Source: Cyanobacteria bacterium SIG29 (GTDB lineage: Bacteria; Cyanobacteriota; Vampirovibrionia; Gastranaerophilales; Gastranaerophilaceae). Taken from it: a DNA stretch of 64,000 nt. Each line of letters begins with the position of its first letter. Positions within the stretch are counted from its first letter, which is position 1. The position numbers were made by a program, and so were the translations under genes. Below are positions 37,937 to 47,500 of this stretch, piece after piece. Where the stretch lies: NCBI GenBank assembly GCA_015152515.1, contig SUTV01000006.1, positions 39,457 to 103,456 of the forward strand, in the 5' to 3' direction. The notes beneath the pieces are model-generated. The model saw only the letters and a list, made by a program, of their open reading frames with translations. It ran no database searches and was not told where the DNA came from.

Positions 37937-40084
37937 ATGGGGCTAGTCGTTATGAAAAAACATTTTTTATTAATATTATTAATAATTGCAGGAAATATAT
38001 CATTTTCAGAAACAGTTTATGATGATAGTTATCAAGAAAATTCTAATTATATTCAAGGTAATAAATATCTACAAAATTCACAGTATTCTAGTGCTATTAA
38101 TGAGTTTAAAAAGGCGATTAGAACAAATCCTTCTGATAGATCTTCTTTAATAGGTCTTTCAAATTCATATAATATGAGAGCTCAATATTATAATAATACT
38201 GTTAAAGCGACAGATAATGCTATTTCTGACCTTAAATCAGCTATTTTCTTTTTAAAATATTTTGCTTCAAATAATACTGATTTTTCTTTAGGTCAATCGA
38301 TTATTGAAATGGAAAAGAATCTTTCTATTTTAGAAAATTCTTTAAAACAATCAATAACACCTGAATATAGATTAAATTCAGCTCAAAAATTAAGAACAAA
38401 AGGTGAATTTGCTGCTTCTGGTTTTGATTATTATCAGTTACTTTCAAATAATGCATACGCTCCACAGGCAAATTCTGCGTTAGGTGATATTTATAAGATT
38501 TTCAATAGACCTGATAAAGCTGTGTATTTCTATAAAAATGCACTTGCAACTGATTCTGATAATACGGAAATTCATTTGAAATTAGCAAGAACATATGAAC
38601 AATTAAATGATTTTTCTGCTTCTTTAAAAGAATATAGTTATGCTTTAAATGCTTCTTCAGAAAGCGAAGAAATTTTAAATTCTTTAGAACGTATTTGGCA
38701 AAAGAAAGTTGATGAAAATCCAAAAGATGCCGAAGCTCGTGCGAATTTAGGTGTTGTTTTCCAAAAACAAAAACGTTATATGGAAGCTTTAAATGAATAT
38801 AGACGCGCTGAGGCTTTAAATCCTACTAATATAAATACTAAAATTAATATTGGTACTTTGTATCAAGAACAAAAAAAGTATGATATGGCGATGTCTGTAT
38901 ATGATTCTATTTTAAATCTTCAACCATACAATGCTAAAGTTTTAGTATATAAAGCAGAATGTTGTAAATCTTTAAATAGGAAGAAAGAAGCGATTGAATT
39001 ATTAAAATCTGCTATGAATTTAGATCCTAAAAATTCTGCAATAAAGGCTAAATTATTTGATTTATTAAAAGATACAATGCCTACATCTGAAGTTTTAGAC
39101 TTTTTATATAAAAATGTTCAAAATAGTCCTATGAATGCTGATTCATACTATGAATTTGCATATGAACTTCATAAAGCTAATAAAATTGATGATGCTATTG
39201 TTTATTACTTGGAAACTATTAAGCTTGATAAAAATAAAATTGATGCTTATATTAATTTGTCTCAAGCATATAGACAAAAGAAAAATTATTCTGATGCTTA
39301 TAGCATTATTAAAAAAGCAAAAGCTATTCAAGGTAATAACGAGCTAGTTAATAAACAATATGAATTATGTTTAAAAGAATATGCTGCTAATTCATATAGT
39401 ATTGCTTCTAATGCTTTTCAAAGTGGTGATTATGAAAAAGCTATTGCAGAATATCAAAAAATTAATCCTAAAGATTCTGATGTTTATATTGGTATAGCTG
39501 CTTCATATCAATCATTAAAAGATAATCAAAATGCCTTAGAAAATTATAAAAAAGCTTTAGAATTAGCTCCAAATAATGATGATATTGCTTTTTATATTGC
39601 TTCTATATATGCAAATATGAATGATTTTGTTAAAGCAAAAGAATATATAAATATTTCTTTATCTAAAAATTCATTAAACGTACAAGCTAAAGAATTATTG
39701 AAATATATTAATGATAAAGAAACAGAAAGTTTATTATCTTATGCAGTTTCATTATATGAAGCATCAAAATATTCTGAAGCTATAGAACAATTTAATAGAA
39801 TTTTAGATATAAATTCAACAAATGCTACAGTTTATTATTATAGAGCTATGGCATATGATGGATTAAATCAATATAATAAGGCTATTGAAGATTATAAATC
39901 TACTTTAAAATATGCACCTGAAATGGTTATTGCTTATTATTCTTTAGGTGTTGATTATGATTCTATAAACGATTATAAAAATGCAAAAAAATATTACTTT
40001 AAATATTTAGAACTAAGCATTGAAGATAATGATTATAGAAAATATGCTCAATCAAGAATAAATGAGATTAAAGATGAAAGCTAG
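37937..40084 (+). CDS. secreted multi-TPR repeat protein
   Basis: 715 aa with a signal-like N-terminus. Many 34-residue A..Y.kAl.l.P.n repeats run throughout. Confidence 0.8.
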   Translation: MGLVVMKKHFLLILLIIAGNISFSETVYDDSYQENSNYIQGNKYLQNSQYSSAINEFKKAIRTNPSDRSSLIGLSNSYNMRAQYYNNTVKATDNAISDLKSAIFFLKYFASNNTDFSLGQSIIEMEKNLSILENSLKQSITPEYRLNSAQKLRTKGEFAASGFDYYQLLSNNAYAPQANSALGDIYKIFNRPDKAVYFYKNALATDSDNTEIHLKLARTYEQLNDFSASLKEYSYALNASSESEEILNSLERIWQKKVDENPKDAEARANLGVVFQKQKRYMEALNEYRRAEALNPTNINTKINIGTLYQEQKKYDMAMSVYDSILNLQPYNAKVLVYKAECCKSLNRKKEAIELLKSAMNLDPKNSAIKAKLFDLLKDTMPTSEVLDFLYKNVQNSPMNADSYYEFAYELHKANKIDDAIVYYLETIKLDKNKIDAYINLSQAYRQKKNYSDAYSIIKKAKAIQGNNELVNKQYELCLKEYAANSYSIASNAFQSGDYEKAIAEYQKINPKDSDVYIGIAASYQSLKDNQNALENYKKALELAPNNDDIAFYIASIYANMNDFVKAKEYINISLSKNSLNVQAKELLKYINDKETESLLSYAVSLYEASKYSEAIEQFNRILDINSTNATVYYYRAMAYDGLNQYNKAIEDYKSTLKYAPEMVIAYYSLGVDYDSINDYKNAKKYYFKYLELSIEDNDYRKYAQSRINEIKDES

Positions 40085-41057
40085 TTCATTAAAAAAATCT
40101 TTAAAAATTGGTGATGTTAAAATCAATAGTATTGTTGCTTTGTCTCCGTTAGCAGGTATTACTGATTATGTATTAAGAAAATTAATCAGAGAATATTCTA
40201 ATAATTGTTTATTAATGACAGAAATGATAAGTTCAGAGGCTTTGGTTCAAAGAAGTGATACGCATATTACTTTTACTGATGAAAAAGAAACGCCGGTTTC
40301 TTTTCAAATTGAAGGTCATAAACCAGATTTAATGGCAAGAAGTGCTAAAATTTTAGAAAATAAAGCATCTATTATTGATATTAATATGGGGTGTCCTATT
40401 AATAAAATTGTTAAAGGAAATGATGGATGTTCTTTGATGAAAAATCCAGAACTTGCAAGAGATATTGTTGTTGCAGTTAAAGAAGCTGTTAAAATACCAG
40501 TTACTTGTAAATTTCGTTTAGGTTGGGGACAAGATAGTAAAAATTTTGTAGAATTTGCTCAATTAATGCAGAGTGCTGGTGCTAGTGCTGTTACAGTTCA
40601 TGGAAGAACTCGTTCTCAGATGTATTCAGGTTTTGCGGATTGGGAAGAAATTTCTAAATTAAAAGGTGAAATTGATATTCCTTTTATTGCAAATGGTGAT
40701 GTAGTTAGTCCTGAATCTGCGTTAGAATGTTTAGAAAAATCTAAGGCAGATGGTGTTGCTATTGGTAGAGCTTCAATGGGAGATTTATCCTTATTATATA
40801 GAATTGAAAAATATTTAAGTGATGGTATTTTGTTGCCTGAACCAACTTTAGAAGAAAAAATTTCTATGTTAAGAAAACATTTAAATGCTCAAATTGCTTT
40901 TAGAGGCGAGGATGTTGGCATTAAATTTTTTAGAAAATTTTATCCTGCATATATTAGAAATATTAGAGGTGGCGGAGATTATCGTCATAGACTTGTTACT
41001 GAATTAGATTATAATAAAATAATTAGTATTCTTAACGAGATTTTATCAAATGGATAA
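40062..41057 (+). CDS. dus: tRNA-dihydrouridine synthase
   Basis: Contains LSPLAGITD, IDINMGCP with the catalytic Cys region (GNDGCSLM), and VTVHGRTR. The start is ambiguous (40062 or 40074) and overlaps the TPR gene end. Confidence 0.85.
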   Translation: MRLKMKASSLKKSLKIGDVKINSIVALSPLAGITDYVLRKLIREYSNNCLLMTEMISSEALVQRSDTHITFTDEKETPVSFQIEGHKPDLMARSAKILENKASIIDINMGCPINKIVKGNDGCSLMKNPELARDIVVAVKEAVKIPVTCKFRLGWGQDSKNFVEFAQLMQSAGASAVTVHGRTRSQMYSGFADWEEISKLKGEIDIPFIANGDVVSPESALECLEKSKADGVAIGRASMGDLSLLYRIEKYLSDGILLPEPTLEEKISMLRKHLNAQIAFRGEDVGIKFFRKFYPAYIRNIRGGGDYRHRLVTELDYNKIISILNEILSNG

Positions 41058-41307
41058 AAAATATTTTGTATATATAATTTTGACTGTAAATAATAAATTA
41101 TATTGTGGTTATACTGATGATGTTGAGAGGCGATATAAACTTCATGTAGATGGAAAAGGTGCTAAATTTACTAGAGCAAACAAACCTTTAAAATTAGTTT
41201 ATACTAAAGAATTTAATTCAAAACAAGATGCTCAAAAAGAAGAATATAGAATAAAGCATCTTTCCCGTAAAGAAAAAGATGCTTTAATTATAAATATTTC
41301 TAATTAG
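41050..41307 (+). CDS. GIY-YIG domain protein (small stand-alone YhbQ/UPF0213-like)
   Basis: 85 aa. The sequence reads YFVYIILTVNNKLYCGYTDDVERRYKLH...GAKFTR...LVYTKEF. Confidence 0.8.
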   Translation: MDKKYFVYIILTVNNKLYCGYTDDVERRYKLHVDGKGAKFTRANKPLKLVYTKEFNSKQDAQKEEYRIKHLSRKEKDALIINISN

Positions 41308-41724
41308 TTATACATAAATTCCATCAATGTTTTTACCAATTCTTTCTTCAATTGTATCTTTTAATGCTTTAATATCAGAGTTTTTTATACTAGCATTAGT
41401 TAATATTTCCATTTGTTTTTCGCCAAAAACCATTCTTGCAAATTTTTCTGCTTGTTCTGGTGAATACTTTTCTAATACAGGTAAAAATGGTTTTATACAG
41501 AGTTTTAAAAGAAAGCTTCCTTCTTCTTTATCTGCAGGAATAGTGTCTTCTGTCCAATCAGAATATGGTTCAATAACTGTATTTTTGAATTGTTTAGCTA
41601 ATTCATTTACTTCTGTATCAAGTGGTATACTTCGTTTGTAATGTTTTTGAATTCTTTTATAATCCCCACTTGTTCCCTGAAAGCTAGGTTTATACATGTA
41701 TGAAGATTGTATTGATAAATTCAT
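41308..41724 (-). CDS. hypothetical protein
   Basis: 138-aa ORF with AGGA SD and an N-terminal KPSFQG motif. Its stop codon directly abuts the stop of the convergent GIY-YIG gene. Confidence 0.45.
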   Translation of the reverse strand: MNLSIQSSYMYKPSFQGTSGDYKRIQKHYKRSIPLDTEVNELAKQFKNTVIEPYSDWTEDTIPADKEEGSFLLKLCIKPFLPVLEKYSPEQAEKFARMVFGEKQMEILTNASIKNSDIKALKDTIEERIGKNIDGIYV

Positions 41725-41796
41725 AACTTTATCCTAATTATTATCCGTTTATATTAAATATATGAATATTTATAATTGCTTTTTTATTTGTAATTG

Positions 41797-42339
41797 TTAA
41801 GAATTAGTAAAAATACTAAATTCACATCCGCAATATGATTGTCTATAAAAGTTTTCAGCTTTCGCAATTTGCATAGTTTTTAAAAAACCATTTTCTTTTT
41901 TAAAGTCTATATCAAGGAAAGTTAATTCATATTTATCTGCTAGCTCTTTAGCTATTTCAAATATTACTTTTGATTGTTTATGTGGGCTTACAGTAAGTGT
42001 TGTTGTGAAATATTTATATTCTAATTGAAACGCTTTTAAAACAGTAAACAATAGTCTATATTCAAAACATCTATGGCATCTTTTTCCTTTTTCTGGCTCA
42101 TTTTCAAGTCCAGATATTGCATTATACCAATTTGCAGAATCTTGTTTATCTATTATTAATTCTACATTTTTTTTCTTTGCATATTTTATTAATTCATTTA
42201 ATCTTTTATCAAATTCTTCAGGTGGAAAAATATTTGGATTAAAGAAATATAAGACAGGTTCATATCCTAATTCTCTTAATTTTTCTATTGGATAACCACT
42301 GCAAGTTGCACAGCAGGCATGTAATAGAACTTTATCCAT
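41797..42339 (-). CDS. queH: epoxyqueuosine reductase QueH (DUF208)
   Basis: LLHACCATCSGYP at the N-terminus and YRQSYCGCEFS at the C-terminus are the QueH cysteine signatures. Confidence 0.85.
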   Translation of the reverse strand: MDKVLLHACCATCSGYPIEKLRELGYEPVLYFFNPNIFPPEEFDKRLNELIKYAKKKNVELIIDKQDSANWYNAISGLENEPEKGKRCHRCFEYRLLFTVLKAFQLEYKYFTTTLTVSPHKQSKVIFEIAKELADKYELTFLDIDFKKENGFLKTMQIAKAENFYRQSYCGCEFSIFTNS

Positions 42340-43525
42340 GATTTTTCTTTTCTATTCCACCTTGTTCTATAACTAATTGTTTGAATGTTGGATATGAATC
42401 AACACCTATTTGTTTTTTAAGTCCAATATATAAAGTTGGAGTGCCATAAATTTCTTTTGAATCTGCATCTATTATTGAATTTTTTATTTCTTCGGTTGTT
42501 TTATCACTATGTGCATCTTCTTTTAATTTTTTGATGTCAAAATCAAAAAGTCTAGCTTGTTCTATAATTTCTTTTTCTGTTTCTGGTGCTTCAATAAATA
42601 AAATATCTGCCATTTGCCAGTATTTATTTTGTTCTTTTGCAGCAATAGCATATCTTGCTTTTAAACAAGAATTTTTATGACCTTCGTATTTCATATTATG
42701 ATTACAAGTTTTTTCTAGTGGCAATACGTGTTGAATTGCTTTTACATTTTCAAATTCAGCAATAATTCTATGTATGTATAAATTTGCATAAAAGCAACCG
42801 CCACAATTGAAATCAATATATTCATTAATTACTAAAGTTGCATCTTTTGGTCCGATTTCATTTCCATTAACTATGTTGTTATAAGTTTTAAATGTACCTT
42901 CCCAAGTTTGTTTCTTTAATATTTGTGGTGAAAGTATATTGCTTACTGATGTAAAAGTTAATATTGAAGCAAATAATAATACAATTAATGAAAACCAAAA
43001 TGCGTATCTTGGTACTTTTATTGCTTCTACAAAATCGTTTATTGAATTTTTTATTTCAAATAATGCATTTTCTCCGCGTTCTTTTGCTACTATGCCAATA
43101 ATTAGATTTATGAAGTATGTCGTAAAACAAAAAATGCATATAGAATTAATTTTAGATACTGAAATACATCCTAATATTATTGATAATAAAAAAGAAAAAA
43201 TACCTACACAAAAAATGTATGAAGTTTGATTTTTGAATACTTTTAAGAAGTTTAAAAATTTTAGGTTTTGCAATTTATCAACATATGTCATAAATAAGAA
43301 GAATAAATATAATAAAATTCCCCATAATGATAGTGGTACGCCTAAAAATTGTGAGTATTGTGTTTTCGCAACGCTATCACAATCTATAGCTTCATTTATT
43401 GCACAAACACTTGGAACAGCATCTGTAATAAAATTTGCATTAAAATATACAACGCAAAGTTCTATTGAAAGTGCTAAACCAATTAAACTTAATAGTGTTA
43501 GTGTTATTCTTTTTGCTTTATTCAT
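42332..43525 (-). CDS. vitamin K epoxide reductase (VKOR)-thioredoxin-like (DsbA-like) fusion protein
   Basis: The N-terminal ~200 aa have 5 TM helices with loop cysteines (PSVCAINEAIDCDS) and an in-helix CIFC. The C-terminal soluble domain has a CGGC redox motif. Confidence 0.7.
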   Translation of the reverse strand: MNKAKRITLTLLSLIGLALSIELCVVYFNANFITDAVPSVCAINEAIDCDSVAKTQYSQFLGVPLSLWGILLYLFFLFMTYVDKLQNLKFLNFLKVFKNQTSYIFCVGIFSFLLSIILGCISVSKINSICIFCFTTYFINLIIGIVAKERGENALFEIKNSINDFVEAIKVPRYAFWFSLIVLLFASILTFTSVSNILSPQILKKQTWEGTFKTYNNIVNGNEIGPKDATLVINEYIDFNCGGCFYANLYIHRIIAEFENVKAIQHVLPLEKTCNHNMKYEGHKNSCLKARYAIAAKEQNKYWQMADILFIEAPETEKEIIEQARLFDFDIKKLKEDAHSDKTTEEIKNSIIDADSKEIYGTPTLYIGLKKQIGVDSYPTFKQLVIEQGGIEKKNHG

Positions 43526-43533
43526 TTATTCTC

Positions 43534-44379
43534 CTATTGAAATTGTTTCATTATATCTTCTAGTGTAACATCATTTGTGTAATTTTGTTTAGCTTTTTTA
43601 ATTATTTCTTGGTATCTTTCTTCGTAAGTTGGTCTATTATCCTTGTAAAAAATTCCAGTATATAAACCTTCAGGTGCAAATGCGTATTTCATTGCATTTG
43701 CTCTATCAGTTGTATCGTGATTTTCAGGTAAATCTTTTACTATTTCTTTAATTTTTTCATAAGAAGATACTTTATTATATTGAATACAAGGTGAAATTAC
43801 ATGTATAAAAGAAAAGCCTTTGTGTTCAAGTCCTTTTAGTATAAGTTCTTCTAATTGTTTTATATTTCCACTATGTCCTCTTGCAACAAAAGAAGCATTG
43901 AAAGAAAGTGCCATTAAAACTGGGTTTATTCTATCTGCAGTCCAAGCGTATGGATTGCATTTTGTTGTTGTGCCTGTCCTTGATGTTGGTGAGCATTGAC
44001 CTTTTGTTAGCGCATATATTTCGTTATCCATCATAATATATGTTATATTTGGATTTTTTCTACTAGCGTGGATAAAATGATTTCCGCCAATACTTAAACC
44101 ATCACCATCACCACCTACGGCAATTACTTTTGTTTCTGGTTTTGCTTGCTTTAATCCGATAGCGACTGGTAAAGCTCTACCGTGTATTGTATGAAATCCA
44201 TATGTGGACATAAAGAATGGAAATCTACTAGAACAGCCAATTCCTGAAACTATTGCTGTTTCGTGTGTTTGGTAGTCTAATGTTGCCATTGCTTTTCTCA
44301 AAGACATTAAAACTGCGTGGTTTCCACAGCCTGGACACCAAGATGGTTTTACTTTTCCCTTGTAATCATTTGCTTCCAT
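43534..44379 (-). CDS. korB: 2-oxoacid:ferredoxin oxidoreductase beta (TPP-binding) subunit
   Basis: Contains WCPGCGNH, GGDGDGLSIGGNH and the TPP motif. Confidence 0.9.
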   Translation of the reverse strand: MEANDYKGKVKPSWCPGCGNHAVLMSLRKAMATLDYQTHETAIVSGIGCSSRFPFFMSTYGFHTIHGRALPVAIGLKQAKPETKVIAVGGDGDGLSIGGNHFIHASRKNPNITYIMMDNEIYALTKGQCSPTSRTGTTTKCNPYAWTADRINPVLMALSFNASFVARGHSGNIKQLEELILKGLEHKGFSFIHVISPCIQYNKVSSYEKIKEIVKDLPENHDTTDRANAMKYAFAPEGLYTGIFYKDNRPTYEERYQEIIKKAKQNYTNDVTLEDIMKQFQ

Positions 44380-44393
44380 TAATCTACCTCTTT

Positions 44394-46172
44394 TTAAAAG
44401 TGAGTATGTTTATTTGTTGAAATTTCATTTTTTTCTTTTTGAATTTTGTCTACTTTTTCAATTTCTTCCAAAATTTCTTCTGGGAAAAATGGGGTGCCAT
44501 CATATTTCAAAAATTCTAAAACTTCTGTGCCTCTATTAATGTGTGTACATCTTTCAACAATTGTTGATTTGAATTGTGCATTGTAGTTTGCCTCAATTAC
44601 AATAATTACTTCCTTGTTTTTAATAAAATCTTTTATCCAAGTTGTTGGAAGTGGATATAATGTTCTTGGATAAAGTGCTTGAACTTTTATGTTCTTTTTT
44701 TTCGCTTTATCAATCGCTTCAAAAACAGCACCTGAAGTTGAACCCCAGCTAATAATGCCTATTGAAGCATCATCACTTCCATATGTTTTCGCTTTAGAAA
44801 ATTTAGTTGTTGCTGTTTCTAATTTTCTAAAACGTTTTTCTGTCATTTGTTTATGTACTTCAGGTGATGGTGTTGGCGCATTAGATATAGTGTGTTCTAA
44901 TCCTGTTATTGTGTGTTCTCCATATTTATCACCCACACTTGTTATTGGTGAAATCCCTGTTTGTGTGTCTTCATATCGATTGTAAATGTCGCCTTTTTTT
45001 AATTTTGGTTTTGTTCTATCAATTATTTTTAATTTTTTTAAATCGATTAAATCAACACATTCTCTTCTTGGACCTAGAGAAGCATCTGATAATATTATTA
45101 CAGGTACTTGGTATTGCTCTGCAAAATTAAATGCATTTATTGTTTGATAAAAACAGTCTTCTACATTCATTGGAGCTAGAACAATTTTGGGACAATCTCC
45201 GTGTGTACCATATAATGCAGCAAATAAGTCACTTTGTTCAGTTTTTGTTGGCATACCAGTACTTGGACCACTTCTTTGAACATCAGCTATTACAATTGGT
45301 AGTTCCGCCATAGAAGCTAACCCAATAGCTTCTTGCATTAAGGATAGTCCAGGTCCTGATGTTGCCGTCATAGATTTAACTCCAGCAAATGAACTTCCTA
45401 GCGCATAATTTATAGCTGCAATTTCATCTTCACATTGAATCATTTTTCCACCAAGTTTTGGTAGTTCTTTTGCTAGCCATTCCATTATTTCTGTTGCTGG
45501 TGTAATTGGATAACCTGCAAATAGCCTGCAACCAGCACATAATGCAGCAAATCCTATTGCTTCATTTCCTGACATTATAAGCTTTGCACCGGTGCTTTCC
45601 ATTTTTACACATTCATAATTATCTTTTCTTTTTAGTTTTTCTAATGCGTATTTAAAACCTGAATTTAGTGCATTTTTATTTGAATCTATTACTTCTTGTG
45701 CTTTTGCTTTGTATCTTAATTCAATATCTTTTAAGATTTGTTCTTCTAAATGTAGGTTTTTTAATAAACCAACAACTATTCCAAGAGCAACCATATTTCT
45801 TGCTCTTTCATTTCCTAGTGATTTTAAAGATATTCCGTATGTAATTATGTTTTTATTAGTCTTTTTTAACTCGGGTACTATATCTTTGTCGTAGATTAAA
45901 ATCCCATCATCTTTAATTGTATCTAAGCCTTCATATATTGTGTCTTCATCAAGGCATATTAAAATATCGCTATCGCCGGTTGCAGTTAAGGTTTTTTCTT
46001 CACTAATTCTTAGTGTATAATAGCATTTTCCATCACCTCTAATTTCAGATGGAAAAGCTCTATATGTTGTTACATAATAGCCTTTTCTTGCCGTTGCGTA
46101 GGATAAAATATCCCCTGCACTAATAATACCTTGACCAGATGTGCCAGAAATTTTAATTCTTAAATCTTTCAT
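44394..46172 (-). CDS. korA: 2-oxoacid:ferredoxin oxidoreductase gamma-alpha fusion subunit
   Basis: The N-terminal gamma domain has ISGTSGQGIISAG. The alpha domain follows with MSGNEAIGFAALCAGCRLFAGYPITPATEI. Confidence 0.9.
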   Translation of the reverse strand: MKDLRIKISGTSGQGIISAGDILSYATARKGYYVTTYRAFPSEIRGDGKCYYTLRISEEKTLTATGDSDILICLDEDTIYEGLDTIKDDGILIYDKDIVPELKKTNKNIITYGISLKSLGNERARNMVALGIVVGLLKNLHLEEQILKDIELRYKAKAQEVIDSNKNALNSGFKYALEKLKRKDNYECVKMESTGAKLIMSGNEAIGFAALCAGCRLFAGYPITPATEIMEWLAKELPKLGGKMIQCEDEIAAINYALGSSFAGVKSMTATSGPGLSLMQEAIGLASMAELPIVIADVQRSGPSTGMPTKTEQSDLFAALYGTHGDCPKIVLAPMNVEDCFYQTINAFNFAEQYQVPVIILSDASLGPRRECVDLIDLKKLKIIDRTKPKLKKGDIYNRYEDTQTGISPITSVGDKYGEHTITGLEHTISNAPTPSPEVHKQMTEKRFRKLETATTKFSKAKTYGSDDASIGIISWGSTSGAVFEAIDKAKKKNIKVQALYPRTLYPLPTTWIKDFIKNKEVIIVIEANYNAQFKSTIVERCTHINRGTEVLEFLKYDGTPFFPEEILEEIEKVDKIQKEKNEISTNKHTHF

Positions 46173-46232
46173 GTATTATAAACCCCTTATTTAAAATAAT
46201 TTTATTACTAAATGTAGGATTTGTTTAAATTG

Positions 46233-47498
46233 TTAATTCTTTGTAATACGTTTTGATTTAATTATTTTTTGAACTTCCCAAGTCTGTCTGTGAGCGTCAG
46301 GACCTCTGTTTCCATCTTCATATGGTTTATTTGCAACAGGAATTTTTTCTTCTATTTTATTCTTTGCAATTAAATAATCATTTGTTATTTCAACATTAGC
46401 GAAAATCTTTTTTAGCTGATCAATATGTTTGTCTGAATTTTTAATAATAAGAATTTCTTTTGTAAAAATAGCTAATTTTTCTATGATACTTTCATTTATT
46501 TCTGATTCTAGATACATAACTACATCAGAATAAAAACGCTCTTGTGCGTATGAATCATATAATGCGCGATACTTGTATTCTTCTTTTATTTCTTTTTCGT
46601 CAACAAGTGGATATAGAACAGATGGAATAATATCTTTTCTTTCTGTTGTTATAATATAGTTATAGTATGCGTCACAAATATCGTAATTATCAATATATAC
46701 AAGTTTTTGTGCTTTTATTCCAGTAAATTTACTATCAATTGCCCATTTTGCAGAAGTTTCTCCTACGCAAAAAATTGACGAAATATTATTTTGTTTAATC
46801 TCGTTATTTATGTAAGTATAGTCATTATTATTTTGATAGTTATAATAATTCTTTTTATGCTTTTTGCTGTATTTTTTAAATAAGTTATTTATATATTTAT
46901 ACACTAATTTATATTGTTTTGTTTTAAATAAAATATTGCATATTGTTTGATTTAAAAATAAATATAGCCAACGATGAAGTGGAATTAGGTGAATAATATC
47001 TTCTATTCTATATCTAGTTAAATAATAGTGTCCTAATTCTTTTCTTGATATTAGACGCAAAATTTCATAATTGCTAAAGATTATTTTAAAAAAACCACGA
47101 ATTTCAGTAATTACTTTTTCTGGTTTTAATTGAAATGAGTCAAAATCATATAAAAACCATTTTCCATTATGGAATGTAAAATTGTGTGGTAATAAATCGT
47201 ACGCAAAAACTCCCTCATCTACTAAATCTAATGCCATTTTTAATGATTGCAAATTTACATCATAAGCCATTGACTCTGTATATTCTCCAGAGTGTATTAT
47301 GTACTTTAAAATTTCGTGTTCTACTAAATTTTCTTCCTGTGAAAAAATTTGGGTATCAATTACAGTTGAACCTATATATCCTTTTTCTTTTAGAATTTTA
47401 ATTAATTTTTCTATAGCAAATATATCTTCTACTTTGCGTAGAAGTTTACCATTTTTAATCTCAAGTGTTTTTGAAAGTACTTTGTCTTGAACTGTCAC
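46233..47498 (-). CDS. hypothetical protein with minimal protein-kinase-like N-terminal domain
   Basis: AYDLLPHNF is catalytic-loop-like (DLxPxN), and YDFD follows 17 residues later (DFG-like), at residues 101-120. The ~280-aa C-terminal region is unrecognised. Confidence 0.4.
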   Translation of the reverse strand: MTVQDKVLSKTLEIKNGKLLRKVEDIFAIEKLIKILKEKGYIGSTVIDTQIFSQEENLVEHEILKYIIHSGEYTESMAYDVNLQSLKMALDLVDEGVFAYDLLPHNFTFHNGKWFLYDFDSFQLKPEKVITEIRGFFKIIFSNYEILRLISRKELGHYYLTRYRIEDIIHLIPLHRWLYLFLNQTICNILFKTKQYKLVYKYINNLFKKYSKKHKKNYYNYQNNNDYTYINNEIKQNNISSIFCVGETSAKWAIDSKFTGIKAQKLVYIDNYDICDAYYNYIITTERKDIIPSVLYPLVDEKEIKEEYKYRALYDSYAQERFYSDVVMYLESEINESIIEKLAIFTKEILIIKNSDKHIDQLKKIFANVEITNDYLIAKNKIEEKIPVANKPYEDGNRGPDAHRQTWEVQKIIKSKRITKN

Positions 47499-47500
47499 TA

